64,000 nt of DNA from Mobula hypostoma (GCF_963921235.1 NC_086106.1:25544001-25608000), one strand, 5' to 3'; counted from the stretch's first letter, positions 1-13,267 are shown. Notes: generated by a model from the sequence alone, not told the origin. Numbers and translations are program-made.

Positions 1-1113
1 GAAGCCACACTCAAGTTGGAGGAACAACACCTTATATTCCGTCTGGGTAGCTTCCAACCTGATGGCATGAACATCGACTTCTCTAACATCCGCTAATTCC
101 CCACCGCCCCCTCGTACCCCATCTTTATTTATTTTTATACACACATTCTTTCTCTCACTTTCCTTTTACTCCCTCTGTCCCTCTGAATATACCACTTGCC
201 CATCCTCTGGGTTCTCCCCGCCCTGTCTTTCTTCCCGGACCTCCTGTCCAATGATCCTCTCGTATCCCTTTTGCCAATCACCTGTCCAGCTGTTGGCTCC
301 ATCCCTCCCCCTCCTGTCTTCTGCTATCATTTTGGATCTCCCCCTCCCCATCCAACTTTCAAATATCTTACACACTCTTCCTTCAGTTAGTCCTGACGAA
401 GGGTCTCAGCCTGAAACGTCGACTGTACCTCTTCCTAGAGTTGCTGCATGGCCTGCTGCGTTCACCAGCAACTTTGATGTGTGTTGCTTGAATTTCCAGC
501 ATCTGCAGAATTCCTGTTGTTTGCGTTTTTAACTTCACCTTTGAGTCGGCTTGGGTGATATTTTGCGTCCGGTGCTCCCATTGTGGCCTTCTATATATTG
601 GCGAGACCCGACGCAGAATGGGAGACCGCTTTGCTGAACACCTACGTTCTGTCCGCCAGAGAAAGCAGGATCTCCCAGTGGCCACACATTTTAATTCCAC
701 ATCCCATTCCCATTCTGACATATCTATCTAGGGCCTCCTCTACTGTAAAGATGAAGCCACACTCAGGTTGGAGGAACAACACTCTATATTCCGTCTGGGT
801 AGCATCCAACCTGATGGCATGAGCATCGACTTCTCTAACTTCCGCTAATGCCCCACCTCCCCCTCGTACCCCATCCGTTATTTATTTTTATACACACATT
901 CCTTCTCTCACTCTCCTTTTTCTCCCTCTGTCCCTCTGACTATACCCCTTGCCTATCCTCTGGTTCCCCCCCCCCCCTTGTCTTTCTCCCCGGACCTGCT
1001 GTCCCATGATCCTGTCAAATCCCCTCTGCCAGTCACCTGTCCAGCTCATGGCTCCATTCCTCCCCTTCCTGTCTTCTCCTATCATTTTAGATCTCCACCT
1101 CCCCCTCCAACTT
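1..1113 (+). mobile_element. Penelope-like element 3' end as a partial tandem (pseudo-LTR arrangement)
   Basis: 531-846 translates to a GIY-YIG endonuclease end (VIFCVRCSHCGLLYIGETRRRMGDRFAEHLRSV...LEEQHSIFRLGSIQPDGMSIDFSNFR*) with one internal stop. 1-97 is the same C-terminus. Both copies are followed by the same pyrimidine-rich 3' UTR. Confidence 0.85.
389..424 (+). ncRNA. Minimal type I hammerhead ribozyme motif (Penelope-associated)
   Basis: AGTC-CTGACGA-AGG(GTCTCAG)CCT-GAAA-CGTC|GACT. Helix I is AGTC/GACT, core CUGANGA, helix II, GAAA, palindromic ACGT helix III, GUC cleavage triplet ending at 420. Confidence 0.8.
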
Positions 1114-1516
1114 ATACAGAGGTATACGCCAGAGTCCGGGACAGGAATCCCAGAGATATTTAAACGAGCTTATTCTGCGTTTGTGCACATCAGCTGGAAA
1201 ACTCGTCGAATATTCTGGAAGCCGCTCCAGTGTTCCTGAGCGATATAGCTTCAGCAATATCTTTTTGCGAAATTTTACGCAATGCTCAGTGTATCAAAAA
1301 TATTTGCATTAGTTCTTGTATAATTTCAGTGTTATGATCTGACATTCGTCAGCAATTAAATTAGGAGGATCCTAGATCAGTAAATTGTTCCCTCTCGTTC
1401 CTGCAATGAAGGACAGAATGCTGTAATATCGCTGACTTGCTCTGAACTAACGTGGCACTCTCTGGTCATGTGTGCAGGATGACAAATGTAATCCGTAATA
1501 AACGGAGGGAACACAT
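1112..1516 (-). pseudogene. TCR V pseudogene, group B; 3' end and RSS replaced by Penelope sequence
   Basis: Leader ATG at 1516, acceptor at 1401-1402. The exon ends ...LNISGIPVPDSGVYLCI directly against the PLE UTR. Several stops, a frameshift, and a deleted donor. Confidence 0.85.
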
Positions 1517-1702
1517 ACTCCCTGGCTTTAGCCTCAACAGAACGGCAACTTACTTCCGAGAATTTATCACGATGGCAAGCATTGAACTGTAAAACTCTAT
1601 CAAAATAGACTTCACGGTGCCCTGCTCAACGATGGCAGATAAAACAAACAGCGGTTCTATGAGGAAGAATCAGAATCCGCTTTGTTTGAATTCCCACTTT
1701 TG

Positions 1703-1869
1703 NNNNNNNNNNNNNNNNNNNNNNNNNNNNNNNNNNNNNNNNNNNNNNNNNNNNNNNNNNNNNNNNNNNNNNNNNNNNNNNNNNNNNNNNNNNNNNNNNN
1801 NNNNNNNNNNNNNNNNNNNNNNNNNNNNNNNNNNNNNNNNNNNNNNNNNNNNNNNNNNNNNNNNNNNNN
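1703..1869. other. N run (others at 13502-13655, 23098-23227, 40624-40761)
   Basis: Undetermined bases. The paralogous positions are CT-rich low-complexity tracts. Confidence 0.95.
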
Positions 1870-2286
1870 TCTCTACCTGCCTTCTTCTCTCTCTCGGTCT
1901 CAATCCGAATATTAGTTTCTATTTGTTTCGACTTACCCACCTCTTTTGTTCGCTCTACCAGCTCACTCTCGCTTACATTGCGATTCTGCCCTGCTCTCCC
2001 GCTTCTTACACCATGTGAAACTATGCGAAGAAACGCATTATTGATTCATTCGCAATATTTTGACTTGCCTCTGCTTCTAAAATCATCAGTCTTTTAAGAT
2101 ATTGACGAATTCCTTTCAATCTTTCAGCATTCCGCTGGATATTTCTAGTCAATAGCACACCATGTATTTATTCCATGGACCAGCTGGGCTTGGATGCTGA
2201 GGGGATACCGAAGGCATCCGTTAGAGCAAGCAAACACTGCAAACACTGTGGTGTCCGGATACTGTATCGCTGTGGAAATTTGAGTT

Positions 2287-2691
2287 CTGATCTGCGAACG
2301 CTATTCAGTGATTTCTGGCACAACGCCCCCGAACATATTTAAGCCTTTTTTGCCCAGAGACCAGAAAAACTGAACCGACTGTCCTCGAGTAGACCAAAAT
2401 CTCCAATCTTGAATATTTTCATCGGTTTTCCAGAATATTCAACGCACAACATATAGGCTCCGCCAGATTCCAAGCAACTGCAACTCAGTGACATGGTCTG
2501 CCCTTCCACGTTCATTAAACTCTCTTATTGGTACACAAAATCTGCCCACTTGTCCCTGTAAGAAGCCTCGAATATGTGAGGGACATCGGAACGCAGTGAC
2601 CCTGCAGGACACATTCTGACTGATTAGAAAGATTCAACAGATAACGCAGTCGAAACAGAGAAATTCCAAGGGGTGCTTGTAGCGGGAACAT
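2287..2691 (-). pseudogene. Highly degenerate V relic, group D
   Basis: Acceptor TTACAG|GGACAAGTGGG at 2555, FR1-like EGQTMSLSCS, decayed FR3. Paralogous to 59483-59888. Confidence 0.55.
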
Positions 2692-3025
2692 AGCACATTG
2701 CATAATGTAAGCAGAGGTTGATTTGAAGATATTACTCCAATAAAAGAGAAGTAATTCAAGTAAAGATTAGCAGAAAGTTTCCGAGAGAATTAGCGCTTCT
2801 GTTTCGAAGCATATGAAGATTTTATTTCTAAATTAGGGCACAAAAGGAATCCTAAAACTGTAGTGGAGTAAATCGACTCCTCTTTCAAACGCCCTCTATG
2901 CATTTTGCCTCCGCCTCTCTCTGTCATGCTCCTGTTCGTCTGCTTCTGTTCCTCTCTGTTACTATCACTTTAAAGAGGGAACTAAACTGCTATTACACGT
3001 TATTACACATCAGGTGATTACGTAT

Positions 3026-3209
3026 GAGTTTGAGTACAGAGTACAGAGAGGAAATGAAGAACCTGGTGACATGGTGCGAAGACAATAACCTGTCCCTCAA
3101 CGTCAGCAAGACGAAGGAATTGGTTGTTGACTTCAGAAGGAGTATTGTACCGCACGACCCAATTTACATCGGGGGTGCGCAAGTGGAACAGGTAAAAAGC
3201 TATAAGTTT
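3026..3209 (+). mobile_element. Rex1/Babar-like LINE fragment, interrupted by CR1; resumes at 5442-5600
   Basis: Translates WCEDNNLSLNVSKTKELVVDFRR. The uninterrupted paralogues at 7060-7930 and 60262-60608 read straight through the junction. Confidence 0.75.
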
Positions 3210-5441
3210 ATAATTATCATGGAAAAGGATAGAATCAAAGAGGACCGGAAAATTTTTAGTTGGGGAAAGGCAAATTATGAGGCTATAAGGCTAGAACTTG
3301 CAGCTGTGAATTGGGATGATGTTTTTTGCAGGGAAATGTACTATGGATATGTGGTCGATGTTTAGAGATCTCTTGCGGGATGTAAGGGATAAATTTGTCC
3401 CGTTGAGGAAGATAAAGAATGGTAGGGTGAAGGAACCATGGCTGACAAGTGAGGTGGAAAATCTAGTCAGGAGGAAGAAGGCAGCATACATGATGTTTAG
3501 GAAGCAAGGATCACATGGGTCTATTGAGGAATATAGGGAAGCAAGAAAGGAGCTTAAGAAGGGGCTGAGTAGAGCAAGAAGGGGGCATGAGAAGGCTTTG
3601 GCGAGTAAGGTAAAGGAAAGCCCCAAGGCATTCTTCAATTATGTGAAGAAAAAAAGGATGACAGGAGTGAAGGTAGGAACGATTAGAGATAAAGGTGGGA
3701 AGATGTGCCTGGAGGCTGTGGAAGTGAGCGAGGTCCTCAATGAATAGTTCTCTTTGGTATTCACCAATGAGAGGGAACTTGATGATGGTGAGGACAATAT
3801 GAGTGAGGTTGATGTTCTGGAGCATGCTGATATTAAGGGAGAGGAGGTGTTGGAGTTGTTAAAATACATTAAGACAGGTAAGTCCCCGGGGCCTGACGGA
3901 ATATTCCCCAGGCTGCTCCACGAGGCGAGATAAGAGACTGCTGAGCCTCTGGCTAGGATCTTTATGTCCTCGTTGTCCACGGGAATAATACCGGAGGATT
4001 GGAGGGAGGCGAATGTTGTTCCCTTGTTCAAAAAAGGTAGTAGGGATGGTCCGGGTAATTATAGACCAGCGAGGCTTACATCTGTGGTGGGAAAGCTGTT
4101 GGAAAAGATTCTTAGAGATAGAATCTATGGGCATTTAGAGAATCATGGTCTGATCAGGGACAGTCAGCATGGGTTTGTGAAGGGCAGATCGTGTCTAACA
4201 AGCCTGATAGAGTTCTTTGAGGAGGTGACCAGGCATATAGATAAGGGTAGTGCAGTGAATGTGATTTTTATGGATTTTAGTAAGGCATTTGACAAGGTTC
4301 CACACGGTAGGCTTATTCAGAAAGTTAGAAGCCATAGGATCCAGGGGAGTTTGGCCAGATGGATTCAGAATTGGCTTACCTGCAGAAGGCAGAGGGTGGT
4401 GGTGGAGGGAGTACATTCAGATTGGAGGATTGTGACTAGTGGTGTCCCACAAGGATCTGTTCTGGGAACTCTACTTTTCGTGATTTTTATTAACGACCTG
4501 TATGTGGGGGTAGAAGGGTGAGTTGACAAGTTTGCAGACGACACAAAAGTTGGTGGTGTTGTAGATAGTGTAGAGGATTGTCAAAGATTGCAGAGAGACA
4601 TTGATAGGATGCAGAAGTGGGCTGAGGAGTGGCAGAAGGAGTTCAACCCAGAGAAGTGTCAGGTGGTACACTTTGGAAGGACAAACTCCAAGGCAGAGTA
4701 CAAAGTAAATGGCAGGATACTTGGTAGTGTGAAGGATCAGAGGGATCTCGGGGTACATGTCCATAGATCCCTGAAAGTTGCCTCACAGGTGGACAGGGTA
4801 GTTGAGACATCTTATGGGGTGTTAGCTTTCATAAGTCGAGGGATAGAGTTTCAGAGTCGCGATGTAATGATGCCGCTCTATATAACTGTGGTTAGGCCAC
4901 ACTTAGAGTATTGTGTCCAGTTCTGGTCACCTCACTATAGGAAGGATGTGGAAGCATTGGAAAGGGTACAGAGGAGATTTAACAAGATGCTGTCTGGTTT
5001 AGAGAGTATGGATTATGATCAGAGATTAAGAGAGCTGGGGCTTTACTCTTTGGAGAGAAGGAAGATGAGAGGAGACATGATAGAGGTGTACAAGATGATA
5101 AGAGGAATAGACAGAGTGGAAAACCAGCGCCTCTTTCCCAGGGCACAACTGCTCAATACAAGAGGACATGGCTTTAAGGTAAGGAGTGGGAAGTTCAAGG
5201 GAGATATTACAGGAAAGTTTTTTTACTCAGAGAGTGGTTGGTGCATGGAATGCGCTGCCTGAGTCAGTGGTGGAGGCAGATACACTCGTGAAGTTTAAGA
5301 GACTACTGGACAGGTATGTGGAGGAATCTAAGGTGGGGGCTTATATGGGTGGCAGGGTTTGAGGGTCGGCACAACATTGTGGGCCGAATGGCCTGTAATG
5401 CGCTGTACTATTGTATGTTCTATGTTCTATGTTCTATGTTC
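3210..5441 (+). mobile_element. 5'-truncated CR1 LINE (ORF2 reverse transcriptase), young
   Basis: RT motifs [33 protein letters not shown] and YCVQFWSPHY. Premature stops at 3745 and 4519. (TATGTTC)n tail at 5413-5441. Confidence 0.95.
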
Positions 5442-5609
5442 CACGGGGTCAATATCACAAATGACCTGAATTAGTCCAACCAAGCAGAGTCCACTGCCAA
5501 GAAGGCCCAACAGCGCCTTTACTTCCTGAGAAAGCTAAGGAAATCTGGCCTGTCCCCTAAAACCCTCACTAATTTTTAGAGGTGCACCATACAAAGCATT
5601 TCCAGGACC

Positions 5610-5886
5610 AGTTTTACACAGATGCCAGAATTCGACATAAGAGCTTGAGCGCTAAGAAATTAAGCCGTCCATCTGCCTTTATGCAAACTAGTGATAAATC
5701 TCACTGGGCAATATGGATGCCGCTCCATTACTACTGTGCTATAATTTGCTTCAGCAAATAATTTCGAGTTTCTCCACAATTTATCTGCATCATCGTAAGT
5801 GTAATCACAATTGAGTGTTATGGTCTATCCTCTCTCAGCTGTTCAGTCGGGAGGATCCGGCGTCACTGAATCTTTCCCACTCGTTT
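5610..5886 (-). pseudogene. TCR V pseudogene, group A1; RSS-deleted, leader deleted
   Basis: DSVT..PPD..LNCDYT framework. GAATTCTGGCATC is fused to a GTAAAACT nonamer remnant, so the YLC codons, heptamer and spacer are lost. The upstream intron jumps directly to the promoter. Confidence 0.85.
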
Positions 5887-6551
5887 CTGCAATGAAGGAC
5901 ACAATACATCAACATAGCTGGCCTGTATTGAACGCCCGGGAGATTCCCTGACCAGCTTCGCAGGCTACCCTTCCGAGCACCAAACAGAATCAGCTCCTTT
6001 TTCGTTCAAGGGCGCAAGCACACCACCCCACCCATCTCTCTCTCTCTCTCTCTCTCTCTCCATCTATTTATGTATCTGGCTCTCTTTTGCGCTCCTTTTC
6101 TCTGTCTCTCCTTCTCACTCTCTTGTTCTCTACCTGCTGTCTCCTCTCTCTCGTCTCAATCCGAATATTACTCTCTATTTTTTTTCGATTTATCCACCTC
6201 TTTTGTTCGCTCTACCAGCTCAGTCTCGCTTGCATTGCCATTCCGCCCTGCTCTCTCCCTTCTTACACCATGTGACACCATGCGAAGCAGCGTGTTATTG
6301 ATTTATTCGCAAAATTTTGACTTTCAGCTGTTTCTGTTTTCTGAAATCATCAGCGTTTTAAGCTATTGAATAATTCCTTTTAATCGGTCAGCATTCCGCT
6401 GGATATTCCTTGTCAATAGCACACCAAATATTTATTGCCGTGGACCAGCTGCGCTTGGATGCTGAAGAGATACCGAAGGCACCCGTTAGAGCAAGCAAAC
6501 ACTGCAAACAGTCAAGTGTCCAGATCCTGCATCGCTGTGGAAATTTGAGTG

Positions 6552-6823
6552 CTCAGCTGCGAACGCTATTCAGTGGTGTCCGGCACAACGCTCCCGAAAA
6601 TACTTAAGCCTTCTTTGCCCAGAGACCAGAAAATCTGAATGGACTGTCCTCGCGTGGACCAAAATCTCCAATCATGACTATTTTCATCGGTATTCCACAA
6701 TATACCACGCTCAACATACAGGCTTTACCAGATTCCAAGCAATTGCTACTCAGTTACAAGGTCTGCCTTTCCACGTTCATTACGTCCCTCCTATTGGCGT
6801 CACAAAATCTGCCCCACTCGTCC
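6552..6823 (-). pseudogene. Degenerate V relic, group D (no leader)
   Basis: Paralogous to 2287-2555 and 59483-59752, with the acceptor at 6824-6825. Confidence 0.5.
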
Positions 6824-7059
6824 CTGTAAGATACCCCGAATGCATATGAGGATTTTATTACTGAATGAGGGCACTATAACAATCCTAAGACTGCAGTGGA
6901 TTAAATCAACTCCCCCTTCACCCCCCCCCCCCATGCAGTTTGGCTCCGTCTCTCTCCGTCATGCTCCTGTTCGTCTCCTTCAGATCCTCTCTGTTACTGT
7001 AACTTTAAAGAGTGAGTTAAAGTGTTATTACACATTATTACACATCGGGTGATGACACA

Positions 7060-7930
7060 TGAGTTTGAGTACAGAGTACAGAGAGGAAATTAAGAACCTG
7101 GTGGCATAGTCCGAAGACAATAACCTATCGCTCAACGTCTGCAAGACGAAGGAATTGGTTGTTGTCTTCAGAAGGAGTAGTGGACTGCACCACCCAATTT
7201 ACATCGGTGGTGCGCAAGTGGAACAGGTTAAAAGTTTTAAGTTCTTCGGGGTCAATATCACAAATTACCTGACTTGGTCCAACCAAGCAGAGTCTACTGC
7301 CAAGAAGGCCCACCAGCGCCTTTACTTCCTGAGAAAGCTGAGGAAACTCGCCTGTCCCCTAAAACCCTCACTAATTTTTATAGATGCACCGGAGAATGCA
7401 TTCTTCTAGGGTGCATCACAACCTGGTATGAATGTTGTCCTGTCCAAGAAGGAAGAACCTGCAGAAGATCGAAACACAGCCCAGCACCTCACACAAACCA
7501 ATCTTCAGTCTTGCACTCACTTCAAACCGCACGCTGTCGGAGCAGTGCTGCCAGGATAATCAAAGACACGATCACCCAGGCAACACACTTTTCATCCCTT
7601 TTCCCTCAGGGAGAAGGTTCAGGAGATTGAAGACTCATACGACCAGATTTGGGAACAGGTTCTTTCCAACTGTGATATAACTGCTGAACGGATCCTGACC
7701 CGGATCTGGGCCGTAGCCTCCAAATACCCGGACCTACCTCTCGTTTTTATTTATTTATTTTTTGCATTATCTTACTATCCATTTTTCAATTTTCTATTTA
7801 TGATTTATAATTTAATTTTTTAATATTCACTACCGATTTGTATTCCAGGGAGCGCGAAGCGCAGAAGCAAATATGGCGGTGATGATTGTACGCTTTAGTA
7901 TCAATTGTTTGGCGACAATAAAGTAACGTA
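7060..7930 (+). mobile_element. Rex1/Babar-like LINE 3' fragment
   Basis: SKTKELVVVFRR and KKAHQRLYFLRKLRK motifs, followed by a 3' UTR ending GACAATAAAG. Confidence 0.75.
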
Positions 7931-8811
7931 TTTTTGCATTCTTCTGCTGCTTCACTTCGTACTACCTCGATAAAGTGTGCAGCGATTCCATATGTATAAT
8001 CCGAATTAATGCAATCATGCTGCAATAATAAACAAACTCCGTTTCCAATTTACATATGTAGCAAAATGCTCCAAGTGGTGATAACACCCGATCCGTTTAA
8101 TCTACTCGTGAAACCAGATTATAGAAGCTGTCACTCTGTTATGATCCGATTCCATTTCTCCCTCTCTCCCTCTCTGCTCTGCTGCAAGAATAGTATGCGG
8201 TCACGTATGTGTACTTTAATCATAAAGTTACTTTGAGCACTGAAACTCTTTCTCACCTCTCACCAATGCACGGACGAACATTGTATCTGCATTCTCTATT
8301 ACGCTAAACAGTCGCCGGGTTGGTCGTATTATCTAAATATTCAGTATAAATCATAAGTAGCTGTTGCACCAAGCTCAACATAAGTAGCAAGCCGCTTGCA
8401 ATTCTTTCTCACTCCGAAGACCGCCCATTTTCCCGCGCTGTGTTTTCCTTTTGTTAGACATTGTCCAATTTAAATATGCCACGCTTGTCGGCAATGCTCA
8501 TTATTGCTCGTTGCAGACACTCGGAGAAATTGGGCAAGGACAATGTCAGGCAAGGTTAGCAATCGTAGTATGCTGTTGCAGCAAAAGAGGGTAGGTGAGA
8601 GCACATTGTGGTATCCCGGAAATGTATTGTAAAGTTCCAGTTTAGCTGCGCATTGTAATCAGGAAATGCTCCTTTAGGTTCGGCAGCTTGAACTGCTGAT
8701 TGACGCACTTTTAAGGAGGACACGTCACCACGACGACTTTCTCGGTGCGCCCCTTCCTGTTTCACGGAAAAAAAGACGCCCTCCAGTGAGAGCTTTTTGC
8801 ATTTTACAGGA

Positions 8812-9317
8812 CCAGTTTTACACAGATGCCAGAATTCAACATAAGAGCTTGAGGGCTATACAATTGACCCGTCCAGCTGTCTTTATGCAAACTAGTGATA
8901 AATCTCACTGGGCAATCTGGATGCTGCTCCATTACTGCTGTACTATAATTTGCTTCAGCAAATAATTTGGAGTTTCTCTACAATGTTGAGTGTACCAAAA
9001 CCTATCTGCATTAGCGTAAGTGTAATCACATTTGAGTGCTATGGTCTATCCTCTCTCAGCCGTTCAGTCGGGAGAATCCAGCCTCACTGAATCTTTCCCA
9101 CTCGTTCCTGCAATAAATGACAAAATGCATCAACATAGCTGGCTTGTATTGAACGCCTGGGAAATTCGATGGCCACCTTCGCCGGCTCCCCAGGCAACAC
9201 AGCCAATGCAATCAGTCTAAAACAGAGATTAGATTAGATTAGATTCAACTTTATTGTCATTGTGCCGAGTACAGATACAAAGCCAGTGAAATGCATTTAT
9301 TATGAGAAGCAAAGCAT
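8812..9317 (-). pseudogene. TCR V pseudogene, group A1; RSS-deleted, LINE-tail insertion in leader
   Basis: Same FR3-to-nonamer deletion as 5610. Donor is mutated to GGGAGC. The leader (ATG 9317) is split by an approximately 75-bp (GATTA)n-tailed insert at about 9228-9300. Confidence 0.85.
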
Positions 9318-10794
9318 GGTATCAAATTTATGGCTAGATAGAACGGCAGATTTATTCCAGGACGTAATTAACACTCACCAGAAATTGTGGTGTGGGATCG
9401 TTTCAGCACTACCTTCACTGCCTGGAAGAACCAAAACCTTTCCGAGCACCGAACAGAATCAGCTTCGTTGCTGTGTTTTCCACTGCCCGAAAAATGCTCT
9501 GGGTAGCACGTGCTCGTGATCGGAGGATCAGTGAATGTACACGTGAAGAGGAATTTGCGAAATTGGACAGATAAATCAGTTGACAATAAGACCATAAGAT
9601 ATAGGAACCAAAGGAGTCTGTTTGGCTTATCGAGTCAGCTCCGCCATTTCAGATGAAAAGGCGTCGTGATGGAATTATTCGATACACTAAACATATAATG
9701 AAAACGAGATTTTCAAAAAGTCAAATATACCTTTGGAAACAGATGCTATCTGTTTGTGTTCCTTCGACAGTAACCGGACGTTTTCACTGTTTGTCTCTTC
9801 CGTCGGTGGGAAAACACAAATTTTCAAAGCAAGTTCCCATGAAACAACAATAGACTATTCCCACTTGCAAGAGTATTAAACTGTAGGATGAAATTGAATC
9901 ATAATCTTGGTTTGACCATGCTCTTTATTTCCTGTCTGCGCTGCATTTTTATACGACTGTTGCGCTTTATTTTTGTATCTTTTTATTCTTTCACATTGTA
10001 CTACCTCGATAAGCTGTGTAGTGAATAAACAGAATCAATGCAATAATGCGACAATAATTAAGAAATTCAGTTTTCAATTTATATGAGTAGCAAAATGCTA
10101 CACGCGGTGATAACATCGGATCCATTAAATCTGATTGGGAAAGCAGATTAAACAAGCAATCACTCTGTTGTGATCCCATTCCCTTTCTCTACCCTCGCTC
10201 TCTTTTATACTGAAAATGCCTTCAAATATATGAATCTCGGAGCAGTATGCGGTCACTTATATGTACTTTAATCATAAACTTAATTCAAACGTTGATCCTT
10301 TTTCTCACAGCTTGGGAATGCAACGACCAAAATAGTATCTGCATTCTGCAACACGCTAAGCATCCGTAGGTTCGGCCGAATTATCAAAATACACAGTATA
10401 GATCATAAGTACCTGCTGCAACATCCTTAATTTCAGTAGAATGCCATTTGCAATTATTTGTCAATTCGAAAACGACCAATTTTCACACCCTCGGTTTTTC
10501 TTTAGTCAGCCATTGCCCCATTTAAATATATCCCGGTTCCACTCCGTCCTTATTATTTCACACTGCAGATACTTGAACAAAGTGGCCAAAGACGATGTCA
10601 AACAAGGCTGTCAATCACTATATGCTGTTGCAGCAAAAGAAGGTTTGTGATTGCACATTCCGGTATCCCAAAAAGTTATAAAGCTCAGTTTGTGTCCGCG
10701 TTGTTATCAGAAAATGCGCCTTTAGCTTCGGCGCCTTCTGCTGCTGAATGCAGTGGTCTGCAGTAGGGCACGTGACTGTGACTGATTTCCGGGC

Positions 10795-10836
10795 GCGCCC
10801 TCTGCAGATTCCTCGGAAAAAGGCGCCCTCCAATGA
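10795..10836 (-). promoter_or_regulatory. Two CTCF-like motifs 3' of the RSS
   Basis: Gene-sense TCATTGGAGGGCGCC (10822-10836) and TCTGCAGAGGGCGC (10795-10808), resembling CCACNAGRGGGCGC. Motif similarity only. Confidence 0.55.
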
Positions 10837-10865
10837 GAGTTTTTTGCAATACTGCATACGGAACC

Positions 10866-10904
10866 AGTTTTTGCACGGACCCGCCATCCCCATATAACAG
10901 TGTG
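10866..10904 (-). promoter_or_regulatory. 23-RSS
   Basis: CACACTG + TTATATGGGGATGGCGGGTCCGT (23 bp) + GCAAAAACT. Confidence 0.92.
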
Positions 10905-11327
10905 GTACTCGTTGCACAGAGATACATGGCAGAGTTCGACACGAGAGCTTCACGGATATTCAGTTGAGACGTCTTGCTGCCTTTCTCTAAAGTAGCGGTA
11001 ATCCTCTCTGAATACCGCTGCGTTCCTCCTGTGCTATATAACTTCAGCATATAATTTGGAGGTCCTCCAGTATGTTGAAAGTACCAAAAGATATTTGCAG
11101 TAACGTCGGTGTAACTACAGTTCAGTGTTATTTTCTGTCCTTCTTCAGTCACTGCATCGGGAGGATCCTGCGTCACTGAATCGTTCCCACTCGTTCCTGC
11201 AAGAAAGGACAAAATATATCAACAACGCTGGCTTGTATAGAATGCCGGACAAACTCGCTAGCCAGCTTCGCTGAGACTCACCAGGCAGCAGAGCCAATGC
11301 AATCAGCAATGAACAGAGGGAAATCAT
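10905..11327 (-). CDS. TRAV: Intact TCR V segment (TRAV/TRDV-like), group A2; leader 11282-11327, V exon 10905-11196
   Basis: MISLCSLLIALALLPG|TSGNDSVTQDPP...LNCSY...IFWYFQ...SNSAMYLCATS. GT-AG 85-nt phase-1 intron, open frame, C23/W41/C104, 23-RSS. Alpha versus delta cannot be settled from this window. Confidence 0.9.
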
Positions 11328-11463
11328 GCTGTCTAATTTCTGGCTAATTCGAACGGCAGATTCTTTCCAGGGCGTTATTATCACAACAGATTTTGTGGTA
11401 GAAGATATTTTCAGCGATATATTTCACCTTGTGTAAAACCGGAGGTGTTTCTCTGGTTAAAAG

Positions 11464-11503
11464 ATTGGCTGACAGAAAGTACCGAGCGTTCCAGAGCACC
11501 AAT
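11464..11503 (-). promoter_or_regulatory. Paired opposed CCAAT boxes, putative V promoter
   Basis: ATTGG at 11464-11468 and CCAAT at 11499-11503 (GCACCAATCAG). The same pair recurs upstream of the other intact V genes. Confidence 0.55.
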
Positions 11504-11551
11504 CAGAAGCTGTTTTGTAACCATGCGTCATTCTGCATGTTCATCCCCCAA

Positions 11552-11591
<40 letters not shown>

Positions 11592-12146
11592 TTAAACACA
11601 ACATAATCACATGCCTATAATTTTATTCCATTCTGTCCAGATATCGTCCTCTCGCATGAGTCATTTCCACCCTTCGGTCAAAGCGCTAGTCGTTCACTTT
11701 GTTTATGCCCCTCATCATATCATACACAGCTATTAGGTTACCCTTTACCTTCCGTCGTTCCAAAAACAAAGGTCCTTGCTCCCTGAAACTGAAATGTCCC
11801 GTGGAATATAAATGCACTTTCGGATGTGTAACTGAGTTTGAACATTGCGATTCGTTCTCCTTTAATTGTCAATGAAGAGCGATAAAACTTTCCCAGACAA
11901 TTCTGCAAAAGAAGGACAATATGACTGAACACTCAGTGCCCCCGTTGCACATGCGAGACACCAGCTGACTACTTGTGCAATGGTACGCCGGGCAATATAA
12001 CCCAAGTTATCGGTAAGGACCTGGAAGCACATAGAGTATACTTTCAGGCGAAATCTAAGCCAGATTACATTCAAGAAGCAAAGACGGCAAACTGGAGAAA
12101 ATTATGTCAGGTACGCTACACACTTCACATCGTGAAAAACCTCCCT

Positions 12147-13267
12147 TGTTACAAGAGGGCGTTTAAGGAGCCGACCTAAATGCAAGACACAGACACCGAT
12201 GTACGAGGAACTGGACTAACACTATTAAGAATGGAAGGGAATTCGGGAAGATGGGATTGATCAGAGGGTAATCTATGAAAGAGCAAAGCGTAAACGGGAA
12301 TACGCGTAGATGGACACGGACACAGGCCCTGGACTAGACTAGGATTCAGGGCCTGGGATAGGACTTGAACTAGGAGCACAGGACCCGGGCGTGGAGCTTG
12401 GAACAAGGAGCCTGGACTAGGAACTCAGAACTCCGGAACCAGAGTCTGAACAGGTCTCGGAACCTGGGTCTTGACTTGGTCCCGAACCCGGGCCTAGGCT
12501 AGGACTCGGGACTAGGACTTCCGCCAGGACTCGGGAGGAGGACTTGGATCGGACTTGAAATTCGGCTGGGACTTGGATCGGAATTGACACTCGACAAGGA
12601 CCTGGAACTCGAGGCCTTGACTTGAACTGGACTGTAACACGAAACACATAGCCGGGACCCCTCCTTGGATACAGGATATGGGGCTGGGACTCCTCTTAGA
12701 CACGGAACACAGAGCCAGAACCCCTCCTTGAGTAAAAGACATAGGGCCGGGACTCTTCTTATACACAGAACACTGAACAGAAAGAGATAGATCCCGACTC
12801 AAAGTATCGGCAAACAGCTGGACCTAGCTAGCGAAGGCGAGAACACGAAGATACAAGACCACACAACAATAGACTGTTCCTTATATTGACGAGAGAAGGC
12901 TTCAGTCTCACTCCGGCGGGTTAACTTGACGGGGATTCGGACTAAGTCACAGATGCAGTTGCAGACGAGGTCACAGACGAGGTCACTGACGAAGGTTGCT
13001 GACAAAGTTTCAGAGCAGGCTTCAGTCGAGGTTACAATACAAGTTTACAGACGAGGTATAGACGAGATAACTCACGGGGTTCTGAATGGAACAGTCCAGG
13101 TACTATCACTGGACCCCAGAGCTATTTCTGTTGCCAGCCCGAGACGAGAATCAGGTGCCTCAGTTAAGGCCGCGGATGGAACAAGGGAAAAACGAAAGAA
13201 CTGGAGTACCGAGTCCACGAACCGGACCGTGAACCAGAACGCGCATTTCACGGAATGGACCGTGACA
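12147..13267 (-). mobile_element. Solo LTR (probably Gypsy-type)
   Basis: Termini TGTTACA...CCGTGACA (TG...CA), a TATA-like AATATAAG on the minus strand near 12880-12887, and internal short repeats. Absent at the paralogous empty sites near 18478 and 57325. Confidence 0.75.

Noticed and set aside
1617-2018. ORFs spanning N runs (also 13424, 23034, 40438)
   Set aside because: They are open only because the bases are undetermined.
2244-2250. Perfect CACAGTG heptamer
   Set aside because: No nonamer at 12 or 23 bp, absent from the paralogues at 6500 and 59430, and apparently created by a local AAACACTG duplication.
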